DNA from: an uncultured Candidatus Poseidoniales archaeon
Lineage (GTDB): Archaea; Thermoplasmatota; Poseidoniia; Poseidoniales; Thalassarchaeaceae
NCBI GenBank assembly: GCA_902573115.1
Contig: CACGIM010000004.1
Coordinates: 1-52,659 of the forward strand
Reading direction: 5' to 3'
Length of the DNA: 52,659 nucleotides
In this document: positions 1 to 9,710 of the stretch, one piece after another
Layout of the letters: each line of letters starts with the position of its first letter
Numbering within the stretch: the stretch's first letter is position 1
Position numbers and translations under genes: made by a program
The notes under the pieces: generated by a model
What the model was told of the DNA's origin: nothing
The model's input: the letters and a program-made list of their open reading frames with translations, nothing else
Database searches by the model: none

Positions 1-1838
1 ATCCAGATACTGATGATGATAATCTTACTGACTATGAGGAAGTAATAACACACGGCACATCTCCGTTATCGACCGACACAGATCTAGATGGGCTTTCAGA
101 CTATGAGGAAGTCATAACACTCGGAACTAACCCTCAATCTGCAGACTCTGACTCAGATGGCCTAAGCGACCTTGATGAGCTAGAGGTGTGGTCCTCCGAT
201 CCTCTCACCTTCGATCCGGACAATGACTCAGACACCTATTACCACTTCATGGATTGCGATGATAATGACCCTGGCGCAAATCCTAGTATGGAAGAGTTGC
301 TTAACGGCAAGGATGATGACTGCGATGGAATAAGTGACGAGGGTTTCAATGAGAGTGATCAGGATGATGATGGCCTGTCTGATTGGTCGGAATTTCATAC
401 ATACGGAACGGATTTGAATAACTCCGACACCGACCAAGACGGCCTATTCGATTATGAGGAAATTTTTGAATTTGGAAGTGACCCTCTTTATATCGATCTG
501 GATGCTGATGGTGATGGGGCATACTGGTTCGATGATTGCAACGACAACGACACAAGCTTCGCACCTGGAGTCTCGGAACTACTCGATGGATTAGACAACG
601 ACTGCGACGAATTAGTCGACGAAGATTTCTTTTGGATAGACTCAGATGGCGACACATTGACAGATTATGTTGAGTACTACACCTACTTTACTGACCCTAA
701 CAACGGGGACTCAGACGGTGATGGTCTACCGGATGGAGCTGAAATTTACGATTACCTCTCAGACCCACTAATTGCAGATCCTGACAATGACTCGGACTCA
801 TTTTACCACTTTGAAGACTGTGATGATAATGACTTCGAAAGATCCCCGGGGACCCCGGAGAGGCTGGATGGCAAAGATAACGACTGTGATGGTGAGTTAG
901 ACGAGGGCTTCGACATTATCGACTCTGACGGAGACGGTTTATCGGATTATGACGAATACCACAATTACAGTACCAATCCTGATTCGAGCGATACAGATGG
1001 AGATGGATTGTCTGATTTCGACGAAATATCCAGTGGAACATCTAGCCCATACTTCCCAGACTATGATTCCGATATGGATGGATATTACGATTTTGAGGAC
1101 TGTGACGACAAAGTGGCCAGTACCAACCCGGGAGCCTCAGAGATGTGGAACGGAGTAGATGATGACTGTGATGGAACAGTGGATGAGCTTTTAGACAGAC
1201 TAGGGCTAGTAGGAAGTAGCCTTGGAAAATCTAATGGGGCAGTCTACTATTCCGTAGGGCAATTATTCGATGGACCTAGAGTCTTCGACCAACAACCACA
1301 CATTTGGGACTCTGCTAATCAGTCTTTCAAAAATTCAATATTCGGAATACTTCCTGATGTGGAAGCTGAAATCAATTGGTCATTGGGAGGATTTTCACTT
1401 GATAACAACACGAGCGCTGATAGAAAGTCAGTAATGCTATCGCCAATCGACTGCCAAAATCCTCTAGGCAGCCTTCAAATTCAGGTGTGTGATGAAGGCA
1501 TATCTATTCAGATACTAACCGCAACAATCCAAGAACAGGGCTATTACACTGAAATAGAATGGGAAGTACTGGTTTCCACTTGGGTTGAGCCAGAACCCGA
1601 TAGAGGATTTATCTCTTCTATATCTACGCCCACATGGATTATTGGTTCAGTAGTGTTCCTGCTAGGTCTGGCGGGTGGAGGTTTCCTAATGGGGACAAGA
1701 TTGGCCGAGAAAAAGAAGCTTCAGGATGCGCTAGATGCGTATGGGGTAACACCCGACAGGTTAGCGGTGGTTCCTGCGAAGAGGGGTATCGATCTTCCAT
1801 CTGCCCCTGATCTGGGGTGGTCTAGAAAAGAAGATTAG
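1..1838 (+). CDS. Membrane-anchored acidic surface protein with thrombospondin type-3-like (DxDxDG) and MopE-like putative metal-binding (DCDD...PG..E..NG.DDDCDG..DE) repeats; 5' truncated by the window
   Basis: The frame of ORF 186..1838 is open back to nt 3 (PDTDDDNLTDYEE...). It has four DCxD modules and a C-terminal TM helix (WIIGSVVFLLGLAGGGFLMG) followed by a short tail. Confidence 0.85.
   Translation, partial: PDTDDDNLTDYEEVITHGTSPLSTDTDLDGLSDYEEVITLGTNPQSADSDSDGLSDLDELEVWSSDPLTFDPDNDSDTYYHFMDCDDNDPGANPSMEELLNGKDDDCDGISDEGFNESDQDDDGLSDWSEFHTYGTDLNNSDTDQDGLFDYEEIFEFGSDPLYIDLDADGDGAYWFDDCNDNDTSFAPGVSELLDGLDNDCDELVDEDFFWIDSDGDTLTDYVEYYTYFTDPNNGDSDGDGLPDGAEIYDYLSDPLIADPDNDSDSFYHFEDCDDNDFERSPGTPERLDGKDNDCDGELDEGFDIIDSDGDGLSDYDEYHNYSTNPDSSDTDGDGLSDFDEISSGTSSPYFPDYDSDMDGYYDFEDCDDKVASTNPGASEMWNGVDDDCDGTVDELLDRLGLVGSSLGKSNGAVYYSVGQLFDGPRVFDQQPHIWDSANQSFKNSIFGILPDVEAEINWSLGGFSLDNNTSADRKSVMLSPIDCQNPLGSLQIQVCDEGISIQILTATIQEQGYYTEIEWEVLVSTWVEPEPDRGFISSISTPTWIIGSVVFLLGLAGGGFLMGTRLAEKKKLQDALDAYGVTPDRLAVVPAKRGIDLPSAPDLGWSRKED
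252..1190 (+). repeat. Four tandem 282-nt (94-aa) coding repeat modules
   Basis: DC[D/N]D codons start at 252, 534, 816 and 1098, a constant 282-nt spacing; the nucleotide sequence has diverged between units. Confidence 0.85.
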
Positions 1839-1858
1839 CTCCAGATCTAATTTTAATT

Positions 1859-3136
1859 TTAGGCCCATTCTCCATTGCGCATTACAGGAACTCTATCGCC
1901 GTCTTTGGTAATTCCATCAATATCCAGATCACCCGATCCAATCATCCAGTCAACATGAATATTCGATGAGTTTCCCCCAGCAGCCTTGACAGCGTCTGGA
2001 TTCTGTCCTATTTCCTCCTTGAAGCACTTAGAGTAACATTGACCCAGTGCAATGTGGCAAGACGCATTTTCGTCGTAGAGAGTATTGTAAAAAAGAAGAC
2101 CTGAGGAACTTATTGGAGACGAGTGAGGGACTAAGGCAACCTCTCCGAGTTTCCTTGCACCATCATCTGTATCGATAAGTTGCAAGAACACCTCTTCTCC
2201 GATATCTGCCTTTGCCTCGACTATTTTGCCATCTACAAATCTTACTTCAATTCCATCGATAACTGTACCTCTGTGAACTAGTGGTTTTGTTGCCTTAACT
2301 ATGCCGTTTACTCTGTCTGAGTGAGGGGTTGTGAATACTTCCTCGGTAGGTATATTTGGAGTACAAGTAATTCCATTTCTGGATGTGCTTGCGCCGCCCT
2401 TCCAAGAATGACCGTCGGCCAGTCCAAGAACTAGATCGGTACCTGGGGCCTTGTAATGTAAAGAATGGAAATTCTGCTCATTCATCCAATTCTGCCTCTC
2501 TGTTAACTTATTTTGATGTTCTTTCCAAGCCTCTATTGGATCATCCCTATCAACTCTAGATATGGAGAAAATAGCGTCTGCCAAAGCAGCAACTGCGTCA
2601 TTATCACTCTTGTCTGGAAAGACCTGTCTTGCCCATGCAAGACCGGGATATGACACAATGTTCCAATTGGTTACGAAATTGGTAATCGGTTCCATTGCTG
2701 GCTTGGCTGCCATCGACATTGACTTACCCACTCTGGCAACTCTGACAGGGTCTTGGTCAGCGAGAAGTAGGGGGTTAGCGGCTGATATTGCTAGTCTTGC
2801 TGTATTGTCGTTGTATGCCTCTCCCATGGCCTTAAACATCCAATCAGGAGCTCTGTCCAGACTCTCATCAGATGCATGTTTGTATCTTGTAAGTTGAAGC
2901 TCATCATCGCTCAAGATTGTCGAAACTACTCCTGCTCCATTCTTGTACGCCGCGGCAGAAATTCTCCGGATCAGTGGAAGTGCCTCAATGGGTCCTGTGA
3001 TAATTAGGTCTTGACCCTTCTGAAGATTCAATCCAACACGTATTGACACCTCTGCAAGGCGATCGAGCATGTTTACATCGAAGGGCAAGTCTGAGTCAGG
3101 CAAAATGGTCATATTCAACCCATCAAAAAGACCCAT
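1859..3136 (-). CDS. Aminopeptidase, M29 family (AmpS/AmpT/PepS-like)
   Basis: Motifs NIPTEEVFTTP, GEVALVP, LYDENASCHIALG and SNIHVDWMIG. The start may be 3112. Confidence 0.93.
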   Translation of the reverse strand: MGLFDGLNMTILPDSDLPFDVNMLDRLAEVSIRVGLNLQKGQDLIITGPIEALPLIRRISAAAYKNGAGVVSTILSDDELQLTRYKHASDESLDRAPDWMFKAMGEAYNDNTARLAISAANPLLLADQDPVRVARVGKSMSMAAKPAMEPITNFVTNWNIVSYPGLAWARQVFPDKSDNDAVAALADAIFSISRVDRDDPIEAWKEHQNKLTERQNWMNEQNFHSLHYKAPGTDLVLGLADGHSWKGGASTSRNGITCTPNIPTEEVFTTPHSDRVNGIVKATKPLVHRGTVIDGIEVRFVDGKIVEAKADIGEEVFLQLIDTDDGARKLGEVALVPHSSPISSSGLLFYNTLYDENASCHIALGQCYSKCFKEEIGQNPDAVKAAGGNSSNIHVDWMIGSGDLDIDGITKDGDRVPVMRNGEWA

Positions 3137-3281
3137 AATAACCCTTCATTGGGATATACTCCCAGAAATTTCTCATTATTTTGTAAGTTTGACTTCGAAG
3201 AATAAGCAAAGCAAATTCCAAACCATCGAGGAATAAAGAAGAGAGGCAATAGGGGCCTAGGTATGTTGGAATATATTTCTT

Positions 3282-4232
3282 CTAAGTAGTCTTCGAAAAT
3301 TGACTCATAAAATCCCAAGCAATACCGTTTGTATCCACGGTCCCTCCATTTCCGGTGAAGACACCAAAGCTCTCTTCGTATGGGTTATGATCGGCAGCGT
3401 AAAGGGTTACTAGTGAGACCTCGGAACCGTTTTCACAATCTGTAAATGATTGAACGGAGTAGAATGTTGATGGAATATTAGAATTAGGAAGATTTCCCTG
3501 ACAGTCGTTCATATCAGACCACATCAATAGATTTTGAATCGCTCCATGTTCCTGGGCCTCTAGATTGGGTAGATGAATTGCATCATTAGAGTAAAGGATA
3601 ATTTGATCGAGAAGGCCATGGATTTCCATAATCGGAATTGGGAAGTAGTTCGGATGTTGATCCTCCAATAGGTAGTATGACATACAGGCCACTGCAGCAA
3701 AATGGTGACTGTGCTCGTTTGCGAGTTTTTGACTTAGTGCACATCCATTTGACCACCCTGTGAGGTATATTCTATCTTCATCAATAGAGTGATTTAATGC
3801 TATGATACCAATCATATCCAGAATAAATCCTGTATCATTGAGTCCCATTTGACCTGCAGTGCTACAACAGTAACCAGCATTCCATGAGTTATCGTGCCCC
3901 TGTGGCCAAACTGCCATTACTCCGTTCTCCTCTGCAATTTCGTCGAACTCTGAGAGTATTCTCTGGTTCTGCATTGTCACCGTGTTTCCATGGAGATCGA
4001 TGATCAAGGGGACATCGTCTGTAAGATTTACAGTAGAGGGGACAAAGACATTCCAACACCTCTCTAATTCTTCGAAAATCATACACTCGAAATAATCCAT
4101 ACCTTGGAATTCTTCCTCAGGTTCTATATTAGAATCGGAGATATTCGAGCCCTCTGATGAAAGACATCCAGATAGCATAAATGAAGAAAGGAGTAGTAAG
4201 CTCAGAATGAACGGGTAGGCCCTGCTTTCCAT
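3282..4232 (-). CDS. Lipoprotein-like alpha/beta hydrolase, PHB-depolymerase/LpqC esterase family
   Basis: Signal peptide ending MLSGC; motifs IIDLHG, SWNAGYCC, nucleophile elbow TGWSNG and EIHGLLD. Confidence 0.82.
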   Translation of the reverse strand: MESRAYPFILSLLLLSSFMLSGCLSSEGSNISDSNIEPEEEFQGMDYFECMIFEELERCWNVFVPSTVNLTDDVPLIIDLHGNTVTMQNQRILSEFDEIAEENGVMAVWPQGHDNSWNAGYCCSTAGQMGLNDTGFILDMIGIIALNHSIDEDRIYLTGWSNGCALSQKLANEHSHHFAAVACMSYYLLEDQHPNYFPIPIMEIHGLLDQIILYSNDAIHLPNLEAQEHGAIQNLLMWSDMNDCQGNLPNSNIPSTFYSVQSFTDCENGSEVSLVTLYAADHNPYEESFGVFTGNGGTVDTNGIAWDFMSQFSKTT

Positions 4233-4276
4233 GCTACCGCATGGAGTCTAGCAAAAAAATTCATGCATGTATTGGC

Positions 4277-5686
4277 TCAACTATCATCTTCTTCTTCATT
4301 CGAATGATTTGGTCCCCATTCAGCATCTGGAGAGCCTCCTGACCATTCCCCAAAGACAGCGATATCCTCAATTTCTTCATCATCCCTCCATGGAGGCTCT
4401 CCGTCTGATCCGCTAATAATTAGGCAGCCCTCCTCATCTAGGCGTCTTTTCAGAGTAGATACTCCCCTCTTAACAGGCAGCAAGTGACCAATAGGGGAGC
4501 CAGAGTTTACGAAAGGATGAGTAGCAGAACTAATCAAAAGGCCTCGAATAGGGGAAACTACATCGTGATGGACACCCGGAATTTCGGGGTCTGTTATAGT
4601 CGCCACAATCTCTCCCTCCTCTACGAAACTTCCAGCAGGTGCAAGAACGTCTAGAAGGCCTCCCTGATCCGATCTAATCCAAACCGATCCCGATGCCAGA
4701 ATTCTAAATCTTGGCTTGCTGGGGTATCCAGGCAGCATCCTAAGACTTCTGAGGAGGTTTATTGTGCCATACATCGCGATCTGGACAGACTCGGGGTCCG
4801 CCTCGTCTGGACCCCCACCCTCGTAGGTAATACAGGCGATATCGTGCTCATTGGCTACTCTTCTGAGTGAGCCCTTTGGACCCTCGCTGTCCAGAATAGT
4901 CTCTATTCCGAATGACCTTGCAATTCGATTTGTACTAGCATGTGCAAGATTGGCTCTGATCTGAGGTATGTTTGTCCTGCCCTTTCCGGCAGTATGCAAA
5001 TCAACAATATAGTCACTAGTAGATATTATGTTCTTCCATAGCCTGTTGGCGACCCTTGAGGTGGTATTACTATCTGGATTACCTGGAAACGCCCTGTTAA
5101 GATCCCGGTTATCGGGAAAATCCCTTATCATCCTTCTGTATCCAGGAAGGTTCACTATTGGAACAATTCTGATAGTTCCTGCCAGCGAATTTGCATCAAA
5201 AACTCTGTCTGGACCCATGAAGTTGGGGCCGCATAGGTAAGTGAGAGCGAGGGGCCCTACTAGTTCGTCACCGTGAATTGCACCCAGAAGGGTAACCACT
5301 GGACCTGGTCTGGAGCCGTGAATGATACTGATTGGAACTGGCCATGACTCACCAATTTCTACATCTAGTAAATCATATTCAAGGTGTCTGATTGTCCCGG
5401 GCTTGATTCTTTTCCTCATGAATGAGTGATTCTTTGTTCCAGAGTTCCTAGACCACTTTGTGGGGCTCCCTCCTACTTCGCCCAGAGCCTTTTCAATCTC
5501 TTTACGTCGCCTCATTGGAATCTGATTTGCAATCTTTATCGGAGCATACCTTCGCCTCTTGAGTCGGGGAGCTGGTTTGTTTTTCCGAGCATTCTCGGAA
5601 ACCCCGTTTCGTGGTTCCTCGTCCTCTGGCACTATTGCTCGGAGGAAGCGGCGAATTAATACAATGCGCAAGACGATCTTTGGCAA
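4277..5686 (-). CDS. Succinylglutamate desuccinylase/aspartoacylase (M14 ASTE/ASPA) family protein
   Basis: Motifs GAIHGDE, RDLNRAFPG, VDLHT and TYEGG, with a C-terminal biotinyl-lipoyl-like segment. The true start is uncertain (GTG at 5632 or later). Confidence 0.88.
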   Translation of the reverse strand: MPKIVLRIVLIRRFLRAIVPEDEEPRNGVSENARKNKPAPRLKRRRYAPIKIANQIPMRRRKEIEKALGEVGGSPTKWSRNSGTKNHSFMRKRIKPGTIRHLEYDLLDVEIGESWPVPISIIHGSRPGPVVTLLGAIHGDELVGPLALTYLCGPNFMGPDRVFDANSLAGTIRIVPIVNLPGYRRMIRDFPDNRDLNRAFPGNPDSNTTSRVANRLWKNIISTSDYIVDLHTAGKGRTNIPQIRANLAHASTNRIARSFGIETILDSEGPKGSLRRVANEHDIACITYEGGGPDEADPESVQIAMYGTINLLRSLRMLPGYPSKPRFRILASGSVWIRSDQGGLLDVLAPAGSFVEEGEIVATITDPEIPGVHHDVVSPIRGLLISSATHPFVNSGSPIGHLLPVKRGVSTLKRRLDEEGCLIISGSDGEPPWRDDEEIEDIAVFGEWSGGSPDAEWGPNHSNEEEDDS

Positions 5687-5718
5687 TGTTCAATTTCCTA
5701 ATCTTCCCCTACAACAAT

Positions 5719-6195
5719 ATGGAAGAAGGGGATTACAAGTCAGTGCAAGAGATTTACGCACCAACTAGCATTTGCTTCGGATGTGGACCAGCCAACGAGG
5801 AGGGGCTCAGGATCAGATCATTCAGAACAGAGGAAGGTCTGGAGATGGTATTTAGCCCTCTGGAGGAGCATCAGGCTTTTCCTGGGATGATAAATGGAGG
5901 TATAATCGGGACACTGCTAGACTGTCATGGAAACTGGACTGCGGCCATTGGGCTAATGGACCGGTCAGGTAAATCTGAGCCTCCATGCACTGTAACCGCA
6001 TCCTACAGTATCAAATTAAGGAAGCCAACACCATATGGAGCTAAGCTTAGAATAACTGGTGAAATCACCAGCATAGATGATGATAGGGCCGAGGTTAGAA
6101 TGGCTCTTTACGCTGAAGACGAAATTTGCGCTACAGGAAAGGGTCTTTTTGTCGCGGTGACGGAGGGCCACCCAGCCTTCCACAGATGGAGTTGA
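5719..6195 (+). CDS. PaaI/hot-dog fold thioesterase
   Basis: Motifs CFGCGPANEEGL and HQAFPGMINGGIIGTLLDCH. ATG 5719 is preferred because it avoids overlap with the divergent gene. Confidence 0.85.
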   Translation: MEEGDYKSVQEIYAPTSICFGCGPANEEGLRIRSFRTEEGLEMVFSPLEEHQAFPGMINGGIIGTLLDCHGNWTAAIGLMDRSGKSEPPCTVTASYSIKLRKPTPYGAKLRITGEITSIDDDRAEVRMALYAEDEICATGKGLFVAVTEGHPAFHRWS

Positions 6196-6233
6196 GAGTT
6201 ACACGGCATCCTTTAGAACGGCCGAATAGAACA

Positions 6234-8799
6234 ATGTTTGTGGACGAGGCATCGGAGGTCGAGTTGACTAGACTTGATGAGTTCGAAATCGATGTCAGAG
6301 TAAAGAAGGTGCTTGAGGATAGTTTTGGAATTGCTGAGCTTTTCCCCCCCCCAGGCGATGGCATTACCCCATTCTCTGAGAGGGGAAAATCTGATGCTTG
6401 CAATTCCCACTGCCAGTGGCAAATCTCTAGTAGCCCACATCACAATGGCACATAGGCTATCCAATGATCTCTCTGGAATGAGGGGAATTTACATTGTACC
6501 ACTGAAAGCACTAGCTTCTGAAAAGTACAATGAATTGAGGGAAATTTGCTCTGGCCTTGATCTAAAGGTAGGCCTTGCTATTGGGGACAGAAATGGTGAG
6601 ACAAACCTAGTCGAAGATTCTGATATTCTTGTGTGCACAAGCGAAAAGCTAGATTCGATGATAAGGTCAAATCAATCATTAATGGATAATATTGGGATAG
6701 TGGTGGCTGATGAATTTCACCTTATTCACGACCCAAACAGAGGTCCTACTCTTGAAATTCTTCTTTCTAGAATAAGACACAATAGACCGGAAGCCCAAAT
6801 TCTTGGACTATCAGCCACCGTGGAAAATGCTGAGCAGATCTCCGAATGGCTTGAAGCTACTCTTGTGCGATCCGATTGGAGGCCTGTTGCACTTTACTCT
6901 GGGACACTAACTGGTTTAGAGATTAATTTCTACTCAGTGGAGAGTCCAAAGGAGGGGGATTTCGATCTTCCGGAGCCTATACAATTGGAGGGGAGAGTTC
7001 AGAAGAATCTGCAAGCGGTAGTTGACAATACATTACAAATTAGCAAACAAATGCTGGTTTTTGTCTCTTCTAGGTCTTCATCACAGAAGGAAGCCAGGGA
7101 GATATCGAAACATATCAAGTCGGAAATAATTTCAGAAAATAGCAATATTTCCGAGAATATGGTTAGAAGTTGGAAAAAAATAGCCAGCTCTCTGAATAGC
7201 AGAGATGGGGGTTCAGCCACGGTTAAATTACTTCAGAAATGCATAGAGGGGGGTGTAGCTTTCCATCATGCCGGGCTTACAACATCCCAAAGAAAGGTAA
7301 TAGAAGATGGTTTTAGATCTGGTAAACTCCTATGCATAGTTGCCACTCCTACATTGGCACAGGGAGTCAATCTACCAGCAAGCAGGGTTGTGATCAGAGA
7401 CACAAGGAGATGGAACACTGCTGCTGCTAGAAGTATGCCTCTACCAATAATGGAAGTAAGGCAGATGCTGGGAAGAGCCGGTAGACCGGGATTTGATGAT
7501 TTTGGAGAGTCCTTCCTAGTTTCAAAGAGTAAGGAAGAGGAGGTTTCGCTTGTTGATCTTTATCTCAGAGGAAATTCTGAGGAGGTTACTTCGAAATTAG
7601 CTAATCCCAGTGCTTTGAATGCAGAAGAAGATGGAGCATTGCTGACTCATATCCTTTCGATTATCGCAACCGCTGACATAAGTGATAGGGATGCGATTTC
7701 TCGATTCCTATCTAGGACTTTTTTAGCTAGTCAAATGGATTCCGAAAATCTGGAAGCTAGAACAGACGATGTTATTGGTTGGCTTTGTTCTAACGGAATG
7801 GTTGACAGGAAAGGTGAGTCCGAAGAGGTTAGTAAAAGAATTAGAGAAACTGAATCAAACACTAACGTGGATGAGGACTGGGAGGATGAGATGCCATCAT
7901 GGGCAAGCTCGGCAACTAATATTCCTGGGCTAGATTTTGTTGAGACTAAAGACGATGGTAGAAGACGGCTTTCTCCTCGAAAAGGTCCAGCGATTTTTGG
8001 CTTTAGAAGAGCCAGTTTGTATGAATCCGCAGAGTACTCTCTTCCCGAGCCCTCAACAATGACATACTCTGCCACCTCTCTTGGTTATAGAATTTCTAGA
8101 CTTTATCTTAACCCGATCTCGGGGAAGATAATCTATGATGGACTAAAAAGGGCCATGGAAATTCTTTCCGGCCAGGACGAAATAGGACAATTGTCGCCAC
8201 TTAGCCTTATTCATCTAGCTTCTTGCACACCTGACTTCATTCCACTATGGCCAAGGAAAAAGGACTATGATCTCATTCAGGAAGCTCTTCATGGTAATGA
8301 GAGAGAGCTTCTTTCGGAAGCAGTTGATCTAGAAAATGAAAGAAGGATGAAGGGGGCATTGGTTGTTCAATCTTGGATAGAGGAGGAGTCCCTAGATAAA
8401 ATCGAACACAAATGGGGAGTTCAACCCGGGGACCTAAGAAGTAGGGTAGAGCTTCTAGAATGGCTATTATTCGCGATGAGGAGGATTCTCTCAGAAGATG
8501 AAGAGCTTGCAAAAATAAACAGAAATGCTCACAAGACTCTTTTCGATTCTATAGACGAAGTTTATCGAAGAGTTAGATTCGGCTGCAGATCCGATATTCT
8601 AGGTCTGGTGGCGATCCGAGGAGTTGGAAGAGTAAGGGCGAGAGAGATGTCAGATCTACTTGGAGTCACAAGCGCTTCTGATCTAAGATTGTTAACTGAG
8701 AGGGATAGGGCAAAACTTTCTGATATGAGGGGTTGGAGTCCTAAACTGGTGGATAACCTAATCAATTCGGCTAATAAATCAAATCAGAAATTACACTAG
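6234..8799 (+). CDS. hel308: Ski2-like DNA helicase Hel308/Hjm, apparently frameshifted at the C9 tract 6344-6352
   Basis: Motifs PTASGKS, VPLKALASEK, DEFH, LSAT, AFHHAGL, TPTLAQGVNLPA, QMLGRAGRP and a C-terminal HhH (IRGVGRVRAR). The N-terminal ...GIAELFPP lies in a different frame from QAMAL.... Confidence 0.88.
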
Positions 8800-8830
8800 T
8801 CATATTCTTCAATTAGGGGTCATCGGGTTT

Positions 8831-9400
8831 ATGGGGGCGGAACATTCTGTACCATGGTTCCCAGCATGGGGTGTGAGATTTGCAGACCCCATTGAGAACG
8901 TCTTCTCGATGGTATCAGTCATTAACGAATGGAGAAACAGCAACAGATGGCTCTTGCTGGCGTTCGATGCAGCTGCAAGTGAAATTCACCTTTGGACAGC
9001 GTGGTATAACCTAAGGTCAAATGAGAATGCTGGCTGTATGGTCGCAAAAACCCCTGACACAGAGTTCTTGAGGCTAATTTCTGGAACTAATCAAATAAAC
9101 AGAGCTTTCGAAAGAGCAGGAGTTTCAAAAGGAGATAAAGAAGCTTGGATTGTAATGCTACCTAGTTTGAAAATAGGAGAAGGATTTGGAGATTTTTCGA
9201 TCCCCATAGACTGCTACAATGACTCTTCCGAGGATGCTTCAAAGCTAATCGAACATCTTGGAGGTTCACTAGTTGCAAAGAGGCCGACGCCCACTTCTAA
9301 AGGGCTCAAGAGAATCGGATTTTTCTCTGAGATAAGTATGGATAGTTCCCAGATGGAAAAGGCCTACCTAAGTCACATGGCACTCTCTGATGTAAGATAG
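8831..9400 (+). CDS. cgi121: KEOPS complex subunit Cgi121-like protein
   Basis: EFLRLISGTNQINRAFERAGV matches the Cgi121 core motif; the size fits; linkage to hel308 is known in euryarchaea. Confidence 0.7.
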   Translation: MGAEHSVPWFPAWGVRFADPIENVFSMVSVINEWRNSNRWLLLAFDAAASEIHLWTAWYNLRSNENAGCMVAKTPDTEFLRLISGTNQINRAFERAGVSKGDKEAWIVMLPSLKIGEGFGDFSIPIDCYNDSSEDASKLIEHLGGSLVAKRPTPTSKGLKRIGFFSEISMDSSQMEKAYLSHMALSDVR

Positions 9401-9454
9401 AGCTGAACATCAGTCAAATTGATAGGGGTGGTGTTTGAGCATACATCAGATAAG

Positions 9455-9700
9455 ATGCCGAAGTTCTACGGATTTGGATCATGTATTACCTGTGGAATTG
9501 CTTGCACCTCGGGTAATTTCCTAGACCATCAAAAAAAGAGGTTCTGCACTGCCTGTTGGATTGAAAAGGAGAACCCGGAACATCCCGATCTTAATGAGAT
9601 AAGAGAAAATGTTGAAGCTGCGGCGGATGAATGGAAGTGCGCCAAATGGACTAGAGAGGAAGGACCTCTGCCTATGGGGCCAAAACCGGTAAAGAAATGA
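9455..9700 (+). CDS. Small putative zinc-finger protein
   Basis: CITC...CTAC pairs; co-oriented and 10 nt upstream of the next gene. ATG 9455 is preferred. Confidence 0.6.
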   Translation: MPKFYGFGSCITCGIACTSGNFLDHQKKRFCTACWIEKENPEHPDLNEIRENVEAAADEWKCAKWTREEGPLPMGPKPVKK

Positions 9701-9710
9701 GGTCTCTATA

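Noticed and set aside
1-1200. Repetitive GAT/GAC-rich DNA as a CRISPR array or satellite
   Set aside because: The repeats are degenerate, in frame and explained by Asp-rich protein modules; there are no identical repeats with unique spacers and no cas genes.
3115-3318. 67-aa minus-strand ORF between the aminopeptidase and the esterase
   Set aside because: It overlaps both neighbours, has no motif and is probably intergenic sequence.
7810-8060. Intein in Hel308 (RadA and Cdc48 also checked)
   Set aside because: No C/S...HN-C/S/T splice junctions or LAGLIDADG motifs; RadA and Cdc48 have normal lengths.
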